Of a DNA stretch of 64,000 nt, positions 12,156 to 27,024 are shown in pieces. The notes below the pieces were generated by a model. The model was not told the DNA's origin and searched no databases. It was given only the letters and a program-made list of their open reading frames with translations. Within the stretch, counting starts at the first letter, position 1, and each line of letters opens with the position of its first letter. The position numbers and the translations under genes are program-made. This DNA is from Basidiobolus meristosporus CBS 931.73 (taxonomy: Eukaryota > Fungi > Basidiobolomycota): positions 4,164-68,163 of the forward strand of contig MCFE01000482.1 in NCBI GenBank assembly GCA_002104905.1, read 5' to 3'.

Positions 12156-12527
12156 TTAGCACATACAAATTCGAAGATGCACCTCGCCCACAGATTTTCC
12201 CTTCTTGCTTGTCAGAACCCACCATCCTTCTATCCACCCCCTCTGGGCAACCTCCATTAGAGAGACAATGCATGAGCCCACTTTGTCGGTATCCATGCCA
12301 AACATCTCGCGGTCCAGTAGCTCGACATGAAGTTCCTGATGGTGATCATCATACTTCAGGGTGAATGTTTCATTATAGACCGGGTTTGTTTCATTGTGGC
12401 GTGAGGAGGTCTTTTCGCTTGAGGTGATCCCGCGGCCGGTGAATATCTTGAAGATGGGGTCTATTTTGTCGAACAAATCGTTGTTCTTCAGGTTGCGGCC
12501 TTCGATAACTGTTACTTGGATGGGCAT
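12156..12527 (-). CDS. Single C2-domain protein
   Basis: VTVIEGRNLK.DLF.KIDP, TNPVYNETF, VELLD.E..D.VG, GEVHL: canonical C2 fold. Confidence 0.85.
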   Translation of the reverse strand: MPIQVTVIEGRNLKNNDLFDKIDPIFKIFTGRGITSSEKTSSRHNETNPVYNETFTLKYDDHHQELHVELLDREMFGMDTDKVGSCIVSLMEVAQRGWIEGWWVLTSKKGKSVGEVHLRICMC

Positions 12528-13003
12528 TTTGAAACGTCTTGAGTACTGGCTGGCAAGGTGTGAGCTTTATATAGCTTTTATTTACATTTAACCAAGTTTG
12601 AATTAATTAAATCAGACAACCCTCGGTCAGCCATCCACTTGGCAACCGAAATCCTTAGTCATATAGGTATTAATGGTATTGTGATGGCACTGATGTCATG
12701 GATCTTTCTGAATGGAATTTTTGGGGTCACCACAATACAGTTGCTCGGCCCTAATCCTGACAAGATCTCCATAATTCTCGGGACCTAGATGCTAAAAATA
12801 TTCTTCCCGATAGTTTTGGAGATTAGCATGCATGTGGGATGCCTAATGGGCTGTAATCTTCTTATATGGTTATCATACTGTGAATGTGAGATTCCTGTCT
12901 TGGCATTCTGATTAGGATCTAAAAACCGAACTCTAGCCATTCTCTCGCCTTGTTTCTGTAAACTATCTCACTTTCTGATAACCCGCCCTCCGTCTGAAGT
13001 AAC

Positions 13004-15074
13004 ATGGAGACTTTACCCAATCTACAGATAGATCAGCCGTGCAGCCTGTTTAATAGTACCTGTTCGAATCTACAGCAGATATATCACTACCTTCCTGGCT
13101 CCTCCTTCCTACTTCGCTATATCAAAAATTCCTACCAAAACGATCCTGTTCGTGTAGTGCTAGAGCTATTCTTGGTTTTTTTTGCTTTAAAGTATTTACT
13201 CTCAAAAAAATATAACATTGAAAACAATGACGTTCAATTAACTGAAGAGGTAACTTTAGTGAATCCTAGACGACTCCCTTATTTTTACCTCTCTAATACC
13301 CCGTGCTTTTAGGAAGTTGACGAGTTGGTTGATGATTGGCAGCCAGAGCCTTTGGTTCCATCTTTGAGCAATTCTGAGCGGGAAATGTTGGATAACGTCC
13401 CAATCACCGTGGGGTAGGCATTGAGGTCTAGTTTATTACCAGAAGTTCTTGGCTGTAACTTTGTATATGTCGCAGGCCTCCTGGTACTCGACAAAAAATG
13501 CGCAACGGAAAAACCTTGGTAAACATGGCTGCATTCAACTTCTTGGGCTTTCTTGGGAATGAAACGCTCAAGGTAAACCTAGATTTGTTTACGACACTCT
13601 CTACGCATGCCCTCCTAACCATTTGTGGGTATAGACTGAGGCAGTCCGTACACTTCGTAAATACGGTGTAGGCTCTTGCGGTCCTCCGGGATTCTACGGC
13701 ACCTTAGGTACATCCTACCATGCATATTCTCTCTCTGGTCGGCCATTAATGCTTTGAAATAGATGTACACAAACTGTTGGAAAGAGATATTGCCAATTTC
13801 TTGGGCACTGAGGATGCCATTATCTATTCTCAAGGCTTTTCCACAGTGTCAAGTGTAATCCCAGCTTATGCTAAGCGTGGGGATATGATTGTATGGTAAG
13901 GACCCTCTAAAGGATATCACACGAACCCTTATCTCACCCACACCGAAATCAGCGATGAGGGAGCCAACTTCGCCATCCAAAAGGGAATCCAGATATCACG
14001 TAGCAGAGTTCGTTACTTCAAGCACAACGATATGAATGATTTAGAGCGTGTTCTCGAAAATATCATCCGAGAGGATGCAATTGTAAGTCATGTGCTCCAT
14101 CCTCGCCTTCTCCAGGATCCTCTTATCAACACCGTGTTGTTTCTAGGAAAAGCGACCACTTACCCGTCGCTTTATTGTGACCGAGGGCCTTTCTTTGAAC
14201 TATGGAGATATCGTTCCGTTAAAGAAACTGGTAAGCCACAGTTCTATCTTGAGCATCGCGCACCACCATCTAACCAAATCGATCGAAGGTGGAGCTCAAA
14301 CATGCATACAAGTTCCGAATTATTTTGGATGAAAGTTTATCATTTGGCGTGTTCGGGAAACGAGGTGCCGGAGTCACCGAGCACTTTGGCGTTCCGGTTT
14401 GTGTGATTTCCTTACTCCGATGCACTAGCTCGTCCCAAGACTAATTCTGTAGATCGAGGATATTGATTTGCTCATAGGTTCCATGTGCCATGCGCTCACC
14501 TCCTCTGGTGGTTTCTGCGCAGGTAGCAAGGAGATCATTGATCATCAAAGGCTATCCGGCTTAGCCTACACATTTTCAGCCTCATTACCGGCGATTCTAG
14601 CGGTTTGCGCAAGGGAAGGGCTGAGCATTTTGCAAAAACAAAGCCAAGTGTTGGCTACGCTGCGAAACAACGTCGCCACGTTCAGATCCATCGCAGCAAT
14701 GATCCCGGCCATCTCCCTTGGAGAGACGTCTGATGCTTCGCCCATCCTTCACATCCGAATCCACAACGATGTAGTAGACAAGCTTGATTTGTCGCCCAAG
14801 GACCAAGAAAAGAAGCTGCAGGAAATAGTTCACGAGGTGAGTGCCTCTTCAAAGGCATCCAATTGCATGAACCCTCGCTCACACTCGATTGTTTTAGGTG
14901 AATCGCGATGGATTTCTCATCACTCGTGCCATGTACGTCCCGGATCAAGAGCTGTTCCTGCCTAAGCCTAGCATAAGGATATGTATTTCTGCTGCACACA
15001 CCAAGCGTGAGGTCGAGAAGGCAGCCAATTCCATCAGAGCTGCAGTCCATAAAGTCCTTGGGAAATGCAAATGA
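13004..15074 (+). CDS. LCB1: Serine palmitoyltransferase subunit 1 (multi-exon)
   Basis: [63 protein letters not shown] across GT-AG exons. Confidence 0.92.
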
Positions 15075-15411
15075 TGAAGCCAGCACCGCCTCGTCTGATT
15101 GGCTCAACCCTATGTAATATCGAACTAATTTTCCCACTGCTTATTCCCTCCCTCATGGCTATTTTCTAGACTCCATTCCTATGAACAACCTGTATTTTAG
15201 TATTCCGCAGTATATATAAGAGCCCTGCTCCAATAAAATACCTAATTCTCCTCAACATAGATCTAGGCTGAATGCGATAGTTTACGCGAATGTTCTTGAT
15301 TGGTCTACCCAAAGAGAATGACATTTGCTGACGTTTCTCAACGTTACGATGCCCAGACGACTATAAAATGAGGCAATCGAGGTTCAGCAGGCACACAAGT
15401 AATCTTCTACG

Positions 15412-15985
15412 ATGCAAAGCATTAAGCAAGCCTTCACCAAAGCTGGAATCATTCCTGACGGTATGTTGAATTAGTAATTCATCCGATGTGTTGTTTCCTG
15501 ATCGTCTGCATCTTCCAGTTCTTCAAGATACTGCGAACGCCACTTTGCTCAAGGTGGTTTATCCCGGTGGAAAGGCCGTCAATCTTGGGGAGGAGTTGTC
15601 CGTCGAAGAGACCCAGAAGCAGCCTGAGGTCCACGTTGACGCTAAAGGCGACGAGAAGTATACTTTGATTATGTCCGACCCTGATGCCCCTAGTCGCAAG
15701 AATCCAACTCTTGGCGAGTGGAGACACTGGGTGGTTGGAAACATCACTGGCAATGATATCTCCAAGGCCGACGCCGTTACTAGCTACTTTGGACCCGCAC
15801 CCCCACCAGGCACCGGACTTCACCGCTATATCTTCATGCTTTACCAGCAAAACGGCGCCATTCCTTACGAGAAGCTTCCCGAAGATCCCAGCCAACGTGG
15901 CAATTTCAAGACTAGTGATTTTGTTAAGCAGCACAACCTTAAGCTAGTTGCAGCAAACTACTTCGAGGCGGAAAATAAGAATTAG
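15412..15985 (+). CDS. Phosphatidylethanolamine-binding protein (PEBP/Tfs1-like); intron 15461-15518
   Basis: MSDPDAPSR, WRHW, YFGPAPPPGTGLHRY motifs. Confidence 0.92.
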
Positions 15986-16190
15986 CCGTGCTGATTTATG
16001 CTTATTGCCAAATCAATCTTGTATATGCGCATCAGAATAAATTTGTGTTAACAGTCCGACAGAATTGTTGAATTTTTTGGAAGAAAAAAAAAATCCATCC
16101 TAATCATGGATCGATAATATTCATGTAGCAGGGCAATCGGTTCACCTTGGCCATTTGAGCGAGCTCGTATCCGAAAACCCGTACATAATA

Positions 16191-19100
16191 ATGTCCACCT
16201 TACCGGAAGACGCAACTTCTTGTGAGGCGATTACTCGTTCTTTAAGGTCGACCTCCCTTTCCTACGAAGAGAAATTGGATTTGGCCAAAGGCGCTTGGTC
16301 TTCAAACGCGGTGTTTCCACATAAAAATGAGTTCTTTTTAGAGTGGTGTTTGAACACTATGGTCAAATCGTCTGGAAAAAACTCCACGTATGTATTCTAG
16401 GTTTCGGACTCTCGCTCACTTTGTTAGGAAACTAAACCTTGCCGTGCAACGTAGTTCTAGCTCGCCAGTTCAGAATGTTGGATATTGGACGTTTTTGAAT
16501 GAGATCTTGAAGACTTCGTTTGCACATTCGGTCGGAATCGCAGGTGGCTTGAACCTGATCAATCCAGCTGTCATTCTAAAATCTCCGTTCATTCCACTCT
16601 TTGTGAATAGTCTGGGTGCAGTAGATAAGGATAACGATCCCGGATTGGTGTTCGAGATATACAAGGTATTCGATCTACTGGTGAGCACCGAGCTTGTAGA
16701 TAGCTTTAAGCCAACTTTGGAACAACTCAGCTCTTTGCTCCAAGTTTGCTTGAGTAACCTGGTTAGTGCTCACGGTAACGACCAAAAGCTGGAGATTCTA
16801 GAAACATATGTAAGGCTCGGAAACGCACTTACTGCCTTTGTCTCCAAAAGTATGACAGGGAGTGCCAACCAACGCAAGGTAATCATAATTCCCAACTCCA
16901 TCAACTGTACATAGACTCATTCCTTTTCATCAGGTGTTCACCATTGTCACTGGAAAGCTGTTTTCTCCATTGCTACAAGTGCTTGATATCACACAGAACC
17001 GAGCTGAGGAACCTTACCTAGAACTCTACACAAGCATAACATCGTTGTTGAGATTCAGTCTCTTCCATTTGGACTATATCATGGATTATTCGACAATTCT
17101 ACCTTACGACTCGACCAAGAACTCGGACAAGTCCAATCGAGGAATTCAAAGTTATCAAAAGCAATTATTCGATCAAATCCATGCTTTGGTTAAAAAGTCG
17201 TCGACCGTAGACTCCCTATACGGTAACCTAGATAAGCACCATTGTTCTTGGCTCATTTTTCTAACGCACATTCATAGTGTATCGCTCTTTTCCCGTACTT
17301 TTCGGCTACTTCATTGAGAATTGTAGACGGAAGCAAAAGTCGCTGACCTCAACTAGTTCCTCCAAGGACAATAGCAATCTGGCCGAAGTGGTCAGAAGCA
17401 TGGAGTTCGCTTTCTTTTTGGAGTTTTACAAACTAGTGGAGAAGTCTTATTTGGACTCGGTACAGTCTGGTAAATGCCAGGGAACTGGGGAGACCCAAGA
17501 AGTGTTGAACGATCTACTACAATTGTTGTTGAAGCATAACGTATACCACCTGACCAACGACAAGATCTCAGTGCAACAATACGAAATGCTGCAGCAGTCG
17601 ATGGAGAACTTCCTTCAGATGTACAAGCTGCAGCCAGAATCCGGAGTTCTTCAAACTGGGCTGTTCAAGTCATGTGATATACTTTTACAGCTGGATAACC
17701 GAATTATCGAAAAGCACCTGGAAGACATCTGGAAGCTGGCGCTCAACCCTCTACACGACTCTTTCGAGAACTGCAAAGAATTTGCCAAGAACCTGATGAT
17801 CACCTACGCCAAATCCCGACAACTCGACGCTTATGTTAGCGGTCTTTTCAAAGCTCTGCGAGAAATCGAGGATTCCAGCTCCATCTTGGACACGCCAATT
17901 TTCTCCAATGCACTTTTGGAAGAGTTTACCAACGCCGTAACTACTCTACCCAACGCTCAACACCAAGAGATCTTGGCTCTCTTTTCCGCGGAGCTTGCAG
18001 AGCACATTGCCCCAGCAAGCGATGCAGCACCTGCCAAGAAGAGGAAGACTGGCAACAACACCAGTCTTGATATTGAAAATCGCCGTTCGATGGAACCACT
18101 TGGAATCTTGATGAGCAGATTCCTCAAAGGGGTAAAGAGCGATAACATGGCCAGGAAAAAGCTGGATCCCGGATTCACAAAGGTATTCCAAGGATTTGTC
18201 TTGCCGACACTCAAGTCCTGTGCCGAGCCCGATAGACAGTTTTCTAGTGGCTACTTATACCCAGCCTTGTTTCTTCATCAATCCATTTGCGATGTGTCCA
18301 CCACGTATTGGGCAGAGTATTCGACAACCGAGTGGATCCTGGAGATAGCGGATTTACTAGAAACTAGATGTGGAGATGAGCCTAGAGTCCAGCTGTTCTT
18401 GGTAAGTTTTTGAGCAAGCGAGTCTGTTCAATGTAGCTTCTAACATGTTATGATAGTGTGTATTGCTTTTGCAGCACGTCGAGCGCTTGGCATCGACTCC
18501 AGGGGATCTCACCGGTGCTGAATTAACCACCATATGCGAGGGATTGATCGCCCGTGCATTAAATATTTGCCACTTAGAGTCAGCTTCCTTGGACTCGACT
18601 TGGGACGGTAGCCTGGGCCATCTTACCGATGCCAATCTCCCGGTTGCCTATTACAAAAAAGTCGTTGGTGACTGCTTCGAGGTCGTTGGCAGATACGCTC
18701 GCAAGGAGCAGTTAAGAAAGCTGCTAGCATTGCTGATCAAAAGCTATATTTCTTCGGATGCTCGACCAGACGATCACAGCTTTGGATTCAGAAACATCAC
18801 CGTGAATTTACTGAACACCGCACAATTCTTCGAGCTGGTGCCTGTGAAGGAGTGCTTCTTGGAGGTTTTCCTAGAGATCCTTGAGCACAAGTTCAGCCAA
18901 GATTTCGACCAGAACATCGAAAAAGACCCTCAACTCGTAAAGAATATTGCCAAGGCACTTTTGGATCAGCGCTCGTCAAAGCGGGCTTCGCGCGTACACA
19001 TGGAGGAGTATATCCGCCTCGAGGAAATGCTGAACCTCTTCCCTGGCGAATATTTCGACAAGCACGATAGAGACAAGATAATCCTAGCATCCCTGTATGT

Positions 19101-21149
19101 AGACAAAGTGTTTACCTCCGCCAGTAACATTGACGACTCGCTGCTACACGGACCTCTTGCCACAAGAATCATGATAGAAAAACTGCTCGCTTTCCACATT
19201 GATGGGTCGGTTATTTTACAGGACTTCCAGCTGCTGAGCTATCTTCTTTCCACCGTCACCTGCGCGACCAAATCCAACACCACTGACGAGGCGGTCAAGA
19301 GAGTTACATCCTCCATTCAAAAGCTATGTTTAAGCAGAGTGTTCACTCTATTGACGAACAAGGAAACGGCCAACAAGTCTGTGGCTTATCTCAAGGACGC
19401 AGTGACTGCAATGAGTCAATCGGTGAACAAGCTCGGGGCTAATGAGAACGCAGAGACTTTACACTTGTATAACTTTGTTTATTGCTACACGGAATACATC
19501 GAATCCCATTACGCCAAAAGCATACAAGCCAACATCCCTACCGAAGCCATCCAATTCCTTCACAAATTCACGGTCCAGTTGGAGGACGCCATCTACCCAA
19601 CCCTTGTCGACCTCAATGCACAGTTGGAGAAGCAGTCCCAATCTGGAGCCGAAATCAACTCCCTGATCAAGCCGATAGCCAGCGCAGAGTATCTGATCTA
19701 TCTCTTCTGGGGTCTTTTGAAGTATCAGCGGGCAGCTGTTAGCATCCAGGCTAACCAAGCCAACAAACTGGTGTCTCTGATTTCTGTGGTCAAAACCCTT
19801 CCATTGATTGCCAACCGGCTGGCGACCGAGAAGACTGCTGCAGACCCTTCGATATCCACTCGATTCCTTCATGTGGTCTCCCATTTTCTGAACGGATTCT
19901 GCGGCATCGTATTTGATCTGGAGCCTGTCGTGTCGTCAGACACAGTTGCTTCCATCACTACATTGCTGGTGACGCTCAAGGAGATGACCGACGATAAAGG
20001 TACGTGCTAGTTAACCTTCTAAACTGCATCAACTAACATCAGCAACCCTAGACATCGCTCGAAAGCTCACCGAAAGCTTCACCAAATTGATCTCCAAATC
20101 GCCGCGGGAGTACACCGCGAAGCTGTTGGAGGCGTATCTGGAGAAGATTGACATCTTATGCGCTGAGCAAAACACTAATGAAGTTGTCTTGAACACCATC
20201 AACTCCATCTTCACCTCCGTTGATCACAGTAAGCGGCAAATGGTCCCTCGCAAATGAACGTTTCTAACCATAATTCTCACAGCTCAAAAAAGGTCCTTCA
20301 GACGATTCATCCCTCGTCTGATCGGAAAGATCCTGCTGCTGCTTCAATGCACCACCTCGATTGGGCTGATTTTCGAGGCGCTAAATCTGCTGAAGAACCT
20401 GTGCTCAGACATAGTAAGTTCGCCAATGCTCTCCGTCTAGCTCGCATGTGATGACTAATCTATCTTGCCAGACACTGGAATATCGTACAAGTGACCTAGT
20501 TGGTGTGCTGGATTGTTTGAACCAACTCGGCTCGCCCACGCTGGTCGGCAGACTGAGCGAGCCTCTGGATGAGGCCAAAGCCAATGCCATCTTCGATGGA
20601 GTGTATCATGTGCTCCTCAGTCTCGTGAAATCCAGACGGGAGCAGTTGAGTGAAATCTTCCCCAACCTGACCGGCCTCTTGGGTCCATTGTTTTATTGCT
20701 TTGTCACCGAACACCAAACGGTCTCGCGTCGACAACAGACGAAATCGCTTAATACCCACGCGAAGGCCAAGCCCTTCTCCATCATCACCACTTTCGCCCC
20801 ACTTTCCGATCTGGCCGCCCAGAACTTCGCTAGATTGGTGACCACCCTGTGCACTAGACCGACCAACCAGGCAGGAAAACCGTCCACATCGACCTTCTTG
20901 AAGGCCTTTGGGAAACATGCGCCCTACCTAATCGCCGAATATTTGAGCATTCAGACCAATCCGACCGCGTCTATTTCCAAGCTGTCCATCAGAAATGCCA
21001 TTGTGCCTGGACTGTACGCTTTACTCGATCTGTGCGGCGAGCACGAAAGAGATATGGTGATGGTGACCTTGGACCTTACTGGGAAGTCGCTGTTCAAGAA
21101 CCTGTACAACGACTATCTGCAGTACCACAAGTACACAGGAAAAGCCTAG
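16191..21149 (+). CDS. URB2: Ribosome biogenesis protein Urb2/Npa2-like (multi-exon)
   Basis: Large helical protein. C-terminal KHAPYLIAEY...PGLYALLD...KSLFKNLYNDY..YHKYTGK resembles the Urb2 domain. N-terminal FPHKNEFFLEW. Confidence 0.75.
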
Positions 21150-21784
21150 TTCCCCTGACCATATACATATTTTTCTTATATCGAAGGTCTGTTTCGAGGT
21201 CTGCTCAGCGAAATGAACCATGTTATTCAATAAGATAGACTTGCCTGCCTCAACGGTGCCTTTCAGTTTTGTAGAGTAGTAAAATAAATCTTGTTAAGCA
21301 AGGAACCATATCCACGAACCACACCATCCAAAGGGGGAAAATTTTTTGTGGGTTTTTAAGAAAAAAATTAAGGGGATCCCACCAAGATATATGCAACCAG
21401 ATGACATTCACCAGTGTTGGAACGTTTCAATTTTCTAGCCCGTTGGCCCTTATCAATTCCACACCGGTGGTCAGTTTCGTTTTCTTTGTAGTTTTCGTTT
21501 TCGTTTTGAGTTTGGTTCCTGTTTTCACTGGGTATTTCTTCACCGAAACACATCGACTAATTCGGAGAGAGCTGCGGAGTCCACCAACTATTCGTCGTTT
21601 TCTCACTATGTCTACTTAAATTTTCCTTTTATTTCTGAGCTTATCTTTAACTTCTTTATTCTATACTCCAAGCCAAGCTATCCTTAGCATCTTGGCTTCC
21701 TCCGATCCACATTCACTTTTGCCTGCCTTTTTGAACCCCCTCCCCTCCCCTCCCCTCTCCACCTATTTGGAAAGTACTGTCGAA

Positions 21785-24700
21785 ATGAGCGCTAGCACCG
21801 ACCAGTCCCCAAACGTTCAGGAGTTATTCAAGTAATCTATCCCTTCTCATTCCTAGCCGGTTTTGGGCAGTGTTTATGTGTGGATGCGAATATTAACCTT
21901 GATGCCTTGAAGAACCACTGTAGAGCTGGAAAAAGAGCTGCGTGCTGTTCTTCGCCAAAAGAGTTCCTTTCATGACGAATGTGTCATACTTCGCTCAAGG
22001 TAATGTCACCGAGTCGGCTAGGTCGTCGCTATATACTCATGCATGACCTTTCTGGTTAGAATCAAGACGTTGTACGAACAGATCGTATTTCTCGATTATG
22101 AGTTTGCCTCCATTAAAGAGGTCGAGATGAATTTATGGAAGACGGTGTTTTACAAAGTCATCGAGGACTACCGCAGAAAGCTGCGCCAAGTAAGTGTCTA
22201 GTGCTGTGCCTTGAAGTGAAGCCAGCGGCGTACTAAGTTTCCCATAGATCTCGGGGGAACGTACAAAATCTTCCGAGCTGAAGAGAGTCAAGAACTCCTT
22301 CCGCTCGTTTCTTCAGGAAGCTGCAGGGTTTTATGTCTTTTTCAAGCAAAGACTTGCCTCTGAGTTCCAGCTTCGTCTACCCCAAACACTCCTGAACAAG
22401 GCGCTTTTATTTGGTAAGCATCCGCTATCTCTCCTTCCCCACCTTCTCTGTTGATTCTAATCCCTGCTGTCAACCAAAAAACCAGATATCCAACCCGAAA
22501 GACTCTTGCCTGAGAAGCTTGGACGTAAGGCTCTCTTCTCGTATCAGCAATGTCTGATTTATCTTGGAGACTTGGGTACTGCTTTATTTTCAGCATTGAT
22601 TTGTCACTCGTATTGCTAACTGGCTGATGTGCGTCGATAGCTCGTTATAGGGAAATGTATGCGGATCGCCAACAGAAAAACTGGTCAGCCGCTATTGAAT
22701 ATTATAATGAGGCGCTGGCTCTGGCTCCTACCAATGGTATGTCGTCTAGAATTCTCCTCTACCCAGCAGATTGTTGATCGTAACCTTCTGTTGCAGGCAA
22801 TCCTCACAATCAGCTAGCAGTCGTTTCCTCATACCTCGGTGATGAGCTAGGCACCATCTATCACTACTACAGAAGGTAGATGCTTCATTATCCATCTGTC
22901 TCTGTGGCTGGGCGTACTCACGTTTCCTCCTAGTCTTGTCACCCTGCAGCCATTCCTCACTGCAAAGGAAAATATCGATCTTCTGTTCCAGCGAAGCAAA
23001 AAGATGTACGAATCTTCGCCCAAAGCTAACGAGGATCTCGAGGGGTAAGCCCGATAGCATACAGTTTTGTGGAAAGGCTGTCTAATAGCTCCATGCTTAG
23101 TGTCTCCAATGGTGCCGAACGATCGTCAAAAAAGACCAACGCCGCGAATCAAGCGGCAGTTAAAGAATTTATCAAGGAGTATATTCATCTTCACGGTATA
23201 CTCCACATGAGGGCCGAGTATGTCGATTTTCCTTAAACCTTGCCGACGTGTTAAAGCCTGTGCTAATGCCATGTCTGTAGTGTGAACTCTTTCCCGACGT
23301 TTAAAGATTCGGTCATATCCAAGTACAGAGAGCTACTCGGTAACCGCTCGTTTGAAGCCAACCAAATCTTGCAGATTACTCTGATCAACATTGCTGCTCT
23401 TTACGTGTTCCGACACTACAAGTCCAGCTCCGAAGCCAAGGAGAAGGGCTCTAGTAGCGCCACGTTGCAAGCATCCCGGAAGGGTGTTTTGGAGCGACAT
23501 CTCTACTTACTGATCATCGAAATGTTCCAAGTCATGCTCGAAGTCGGGTGCAATGTTTTTGATTCCATCGCTGCAAAGCAGGCCGAGAAACAAGCAACCA
23601 GAGATCGACCCGAGTTCCCTGCATGTGTTAAGCGAATGTTACCGGCAACTCGCGTTACGCTCCAATGGATCCTCAGCAACCTCGACCTTTACCAGCCATC
23701 ATCCACGCAAACCAGGAGGACTGCGGCAGAGCAGGATACGATCCACGCATTCTGGAAGAGCTTCGCCTCCTTCATGAATCACCTTCAGGTTAAATTCGGC
23801 ACCATCGCCACCAACCATTTTGCCCTCTTGAAGGAGGATTTCGAGATTCAAGGATTTATCGCCATCAAGCCCGAAGCCGACTCGGAAGACTCCCTACTAG
23901 TTCGTCCGAAAGTTCGATCCGCAAAGCGAAACCAAATTCAGAGCGTTGTCCATGATCCACGACACCAAAGCACTAGTTGAGCGCCAGGTAGGTCCCACAC
24001 TCGAATACTATCACATAGATATATAGCTAATCCATGCACTCGTTCAAGTTGGTGCCCCTCAACTTTGATCCCCAGGAGCCCGAGCCATTTTCTTACTACG
24101 AAAGCAAAGAGTCTGCAGAGGAACCAGTGGTACCCGGAGAAGCGAGCAAGTCGCCTGACCCAATGGCGGCCGCTATTGCGAGCGTACCAGACCTGATTAG
24201 AAATATAACATCGTCCATGTATTCCTCTAGCCCAAGTCCTGGCTTTGGCTACGGATTCAAAGATCCCCAAGGGTCATCCGACGACGACGAGACTGAAGGC
24301 TCCTTGTTTGGTGGCCGCCAGCATCATAGCAGAAACAGTATCGTGGTTGGCTCTGGTCGCACTGGTAGGTCCTCGAACTCAACCCCCTACAACCAAAGCC
24401 CAGAAATCCACCATAATGTCTTCGATACCCGCACCGACGCTCCTGTTGGCGTAAAGGCTCTGAACAATGAAGAGTCAAGCTCGGTGAATGGAGGCACATT
24501 CAACTTGTGGAACCAATATGGTCCAAACTCTGTTTACGAAAGCCGTCGCTCAAGCTACAACAGCTCACCCTCCGTGGTCGGAGCCCCAATCGGCAATGGC
24601 TTTAATGGGGCCAACTCGATCAGCCCAGCTCCTGCCAACAACAATGAGCAATTCGGCTACTCTCCCTTTCGCCAACCATCATGTAGTGAACAATATCGAC

Positions 24701-25152
24701 GTGAAGCGCCATCCGGCCTCGGGATTTTTACTGGGGCGCAGCCGAAAGGGTTCAATCAAGGCGATAAGCCAGATGTCCAATCGAGCTCTCTCTTTTCCGG
24801 CACCACCCTGCCCTCTCGTGGTAGTCGCAACAACTCCCTCTCGCATCTAGGTCAAAGTGTGTATACCGAGCCGAAAAGAAGCAACTCATTATTTTCCGAA
24901 TCCATTGGTGGCTTTAATTCGACCAATGCTTCCCCAATGGAAGGACCATATGGAGGGGCCAACAAGTCGTCAGTCTGTCCCCCACCCGGCTTCAACCCTT
25001 TGGACTTCAACGATCGCAGACGCAGTGCAAACAGCGGCAACAACGAGAGCTACTTCGGCTATCCGACATACAACTCGCCTTCCATGGATCCTCAGAACCA
25101 CCACTTCAATGGGTTCTTAGGCAATGGAGTCGCTACCGATCAGTATCGCTGA
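21785..25152 (+). CDS. Est1/SMG7/Ebs1-like 14-3-3-like NMD/telomerase factor with long S/N/G-rich tail (multi-exon; apparent +1 indel near 23900)
   Basis: LWKTVFYKVIE, CLIYLGDLARYRE, AP.NGNPHNQLAV, YYRSL...PF..AKENI, L.EDFEIQGF. No PIN domain seen. Confidence 0.85.
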
Positions 25153-25637
25153 GTGGGCAATTGATCAAACCATTGAATAACCAATTTCTGACTTGAATGT
25201 CCTCCGGCAACGCTCGGTGTTTTGAGACGGTCCCCGTTTTCAGCACGACCTACACCACGGTCACGGAAACGGAACTCCCCAGGCCGCATTCCTCATCGAT
25301 ACTTTCCTCATCCACCCGAAGTGCACTTTAAATCCCCCCCTCCCTCCCTTCCCCCCAAAAAAAGAATGTTGACGATCCCCGGTCTGTACGTGGCGACTCT
25401 GCTGCCAATCCATTTTTACTGTTAGTGTTGTGATGGAGGAATCAATCTTTATTCGCTTTCGAAGATGCACATGAATCCAGTCGACGCTTTGGGAATAAAG
25501 ATTTCATGTTCACTTGTGTCTTGGGGATGGAATGTTTCGGTTAAATATGCAGTGAATGTTAGTAGCCTGTGGCCCGAAATATGCTATGGATGTGACAATG
25601 TGGGTGTTGACATGAAGTGGGAGGCAAGCGTATGTGC

Positions 25638-26084
<447 letters not shown>

Positions 26085-26960
26085 TCAGTTTTTTTCCACC
26101 ATGCCCGCGATGTATTGTCATATCGTATCCTCCAAGAAATGAGGAGTCCCGGTAGTTGATTGGCTCAGGCAATTCAGTGGAGCTATGGGAATTTTAGGTG
26201 GCACAGGTTCGTCGGGTGGAACGTACCTGATCAAACCGGTTTCAACCGCTTTGAATTTTTCTTATTAACTGGTCAGTTTTGAGTTATTCTGGTTAACTGG
26301 TCAAGCAGCGATTGCCCTCCCTTCTCGACCTTGGGTGGCAAAAAGGCGCTTGGAAGCAGGCCAGGCGCAATCGCCATATCTTGCCAATTCCAACTAATCC
26401 CCCGTTGCGATAACCCCCAGTTTGGGTAATCAGGAATCGATCCACAGAAAGATACGGAGAAAAAGATGGTGGTGAGCCGGTATTAAGGTCGTTATCTCCA
26501 TTGGCCAGTGTGCCAGGGGATCAAACTAATGCACGAAAAAAGCATATCAGGGTGGAAATTCCCGAGAACGAAAAGCGTACGCCTTGTGATGAATCAAGTT
26601 CCCTTGGTATCATGGTAATATGCGGTAACAGCTGCTCTGAAGTTGGCCACTAAACCCTCAAATGGTATTCGTCTACATGCACGCCTGCATAACATACATA
26701 AACTACCTGCTTCGTTCGCATCAGGGGCATGGGCCTTGAAACAACCCACCAACAGTCATCATTCCAATGATTCAACACTTCATCATGATTATCGAATATA
26801 TTTAGACAAGAAGCTCGGCAACCTCAATTGCATAGTCATTGCCTATTTAAAACCATCACCTTGGCATCCTGGTGGTCATGAGCGTATATATATGGTTTAC
26901 ACTGGGCTCACGTGAAAGTATCCCAACACATCTATGATATCCGATATCTCAACGCACCAC

Positions 26961-27024
26961 AGCAGCGCATACATACAAACGTGAGCCAATCTAGCAGCGC
27001 ATATATACAAACGTGAGCCAATCT
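26961..27024. repeat. 32-bp tandem duplication containing CCAAT
   Basis: AGCAGCGCATA(C/T)ATACAAACGTGAGCCAATCT x2. Confidence 0.85.
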
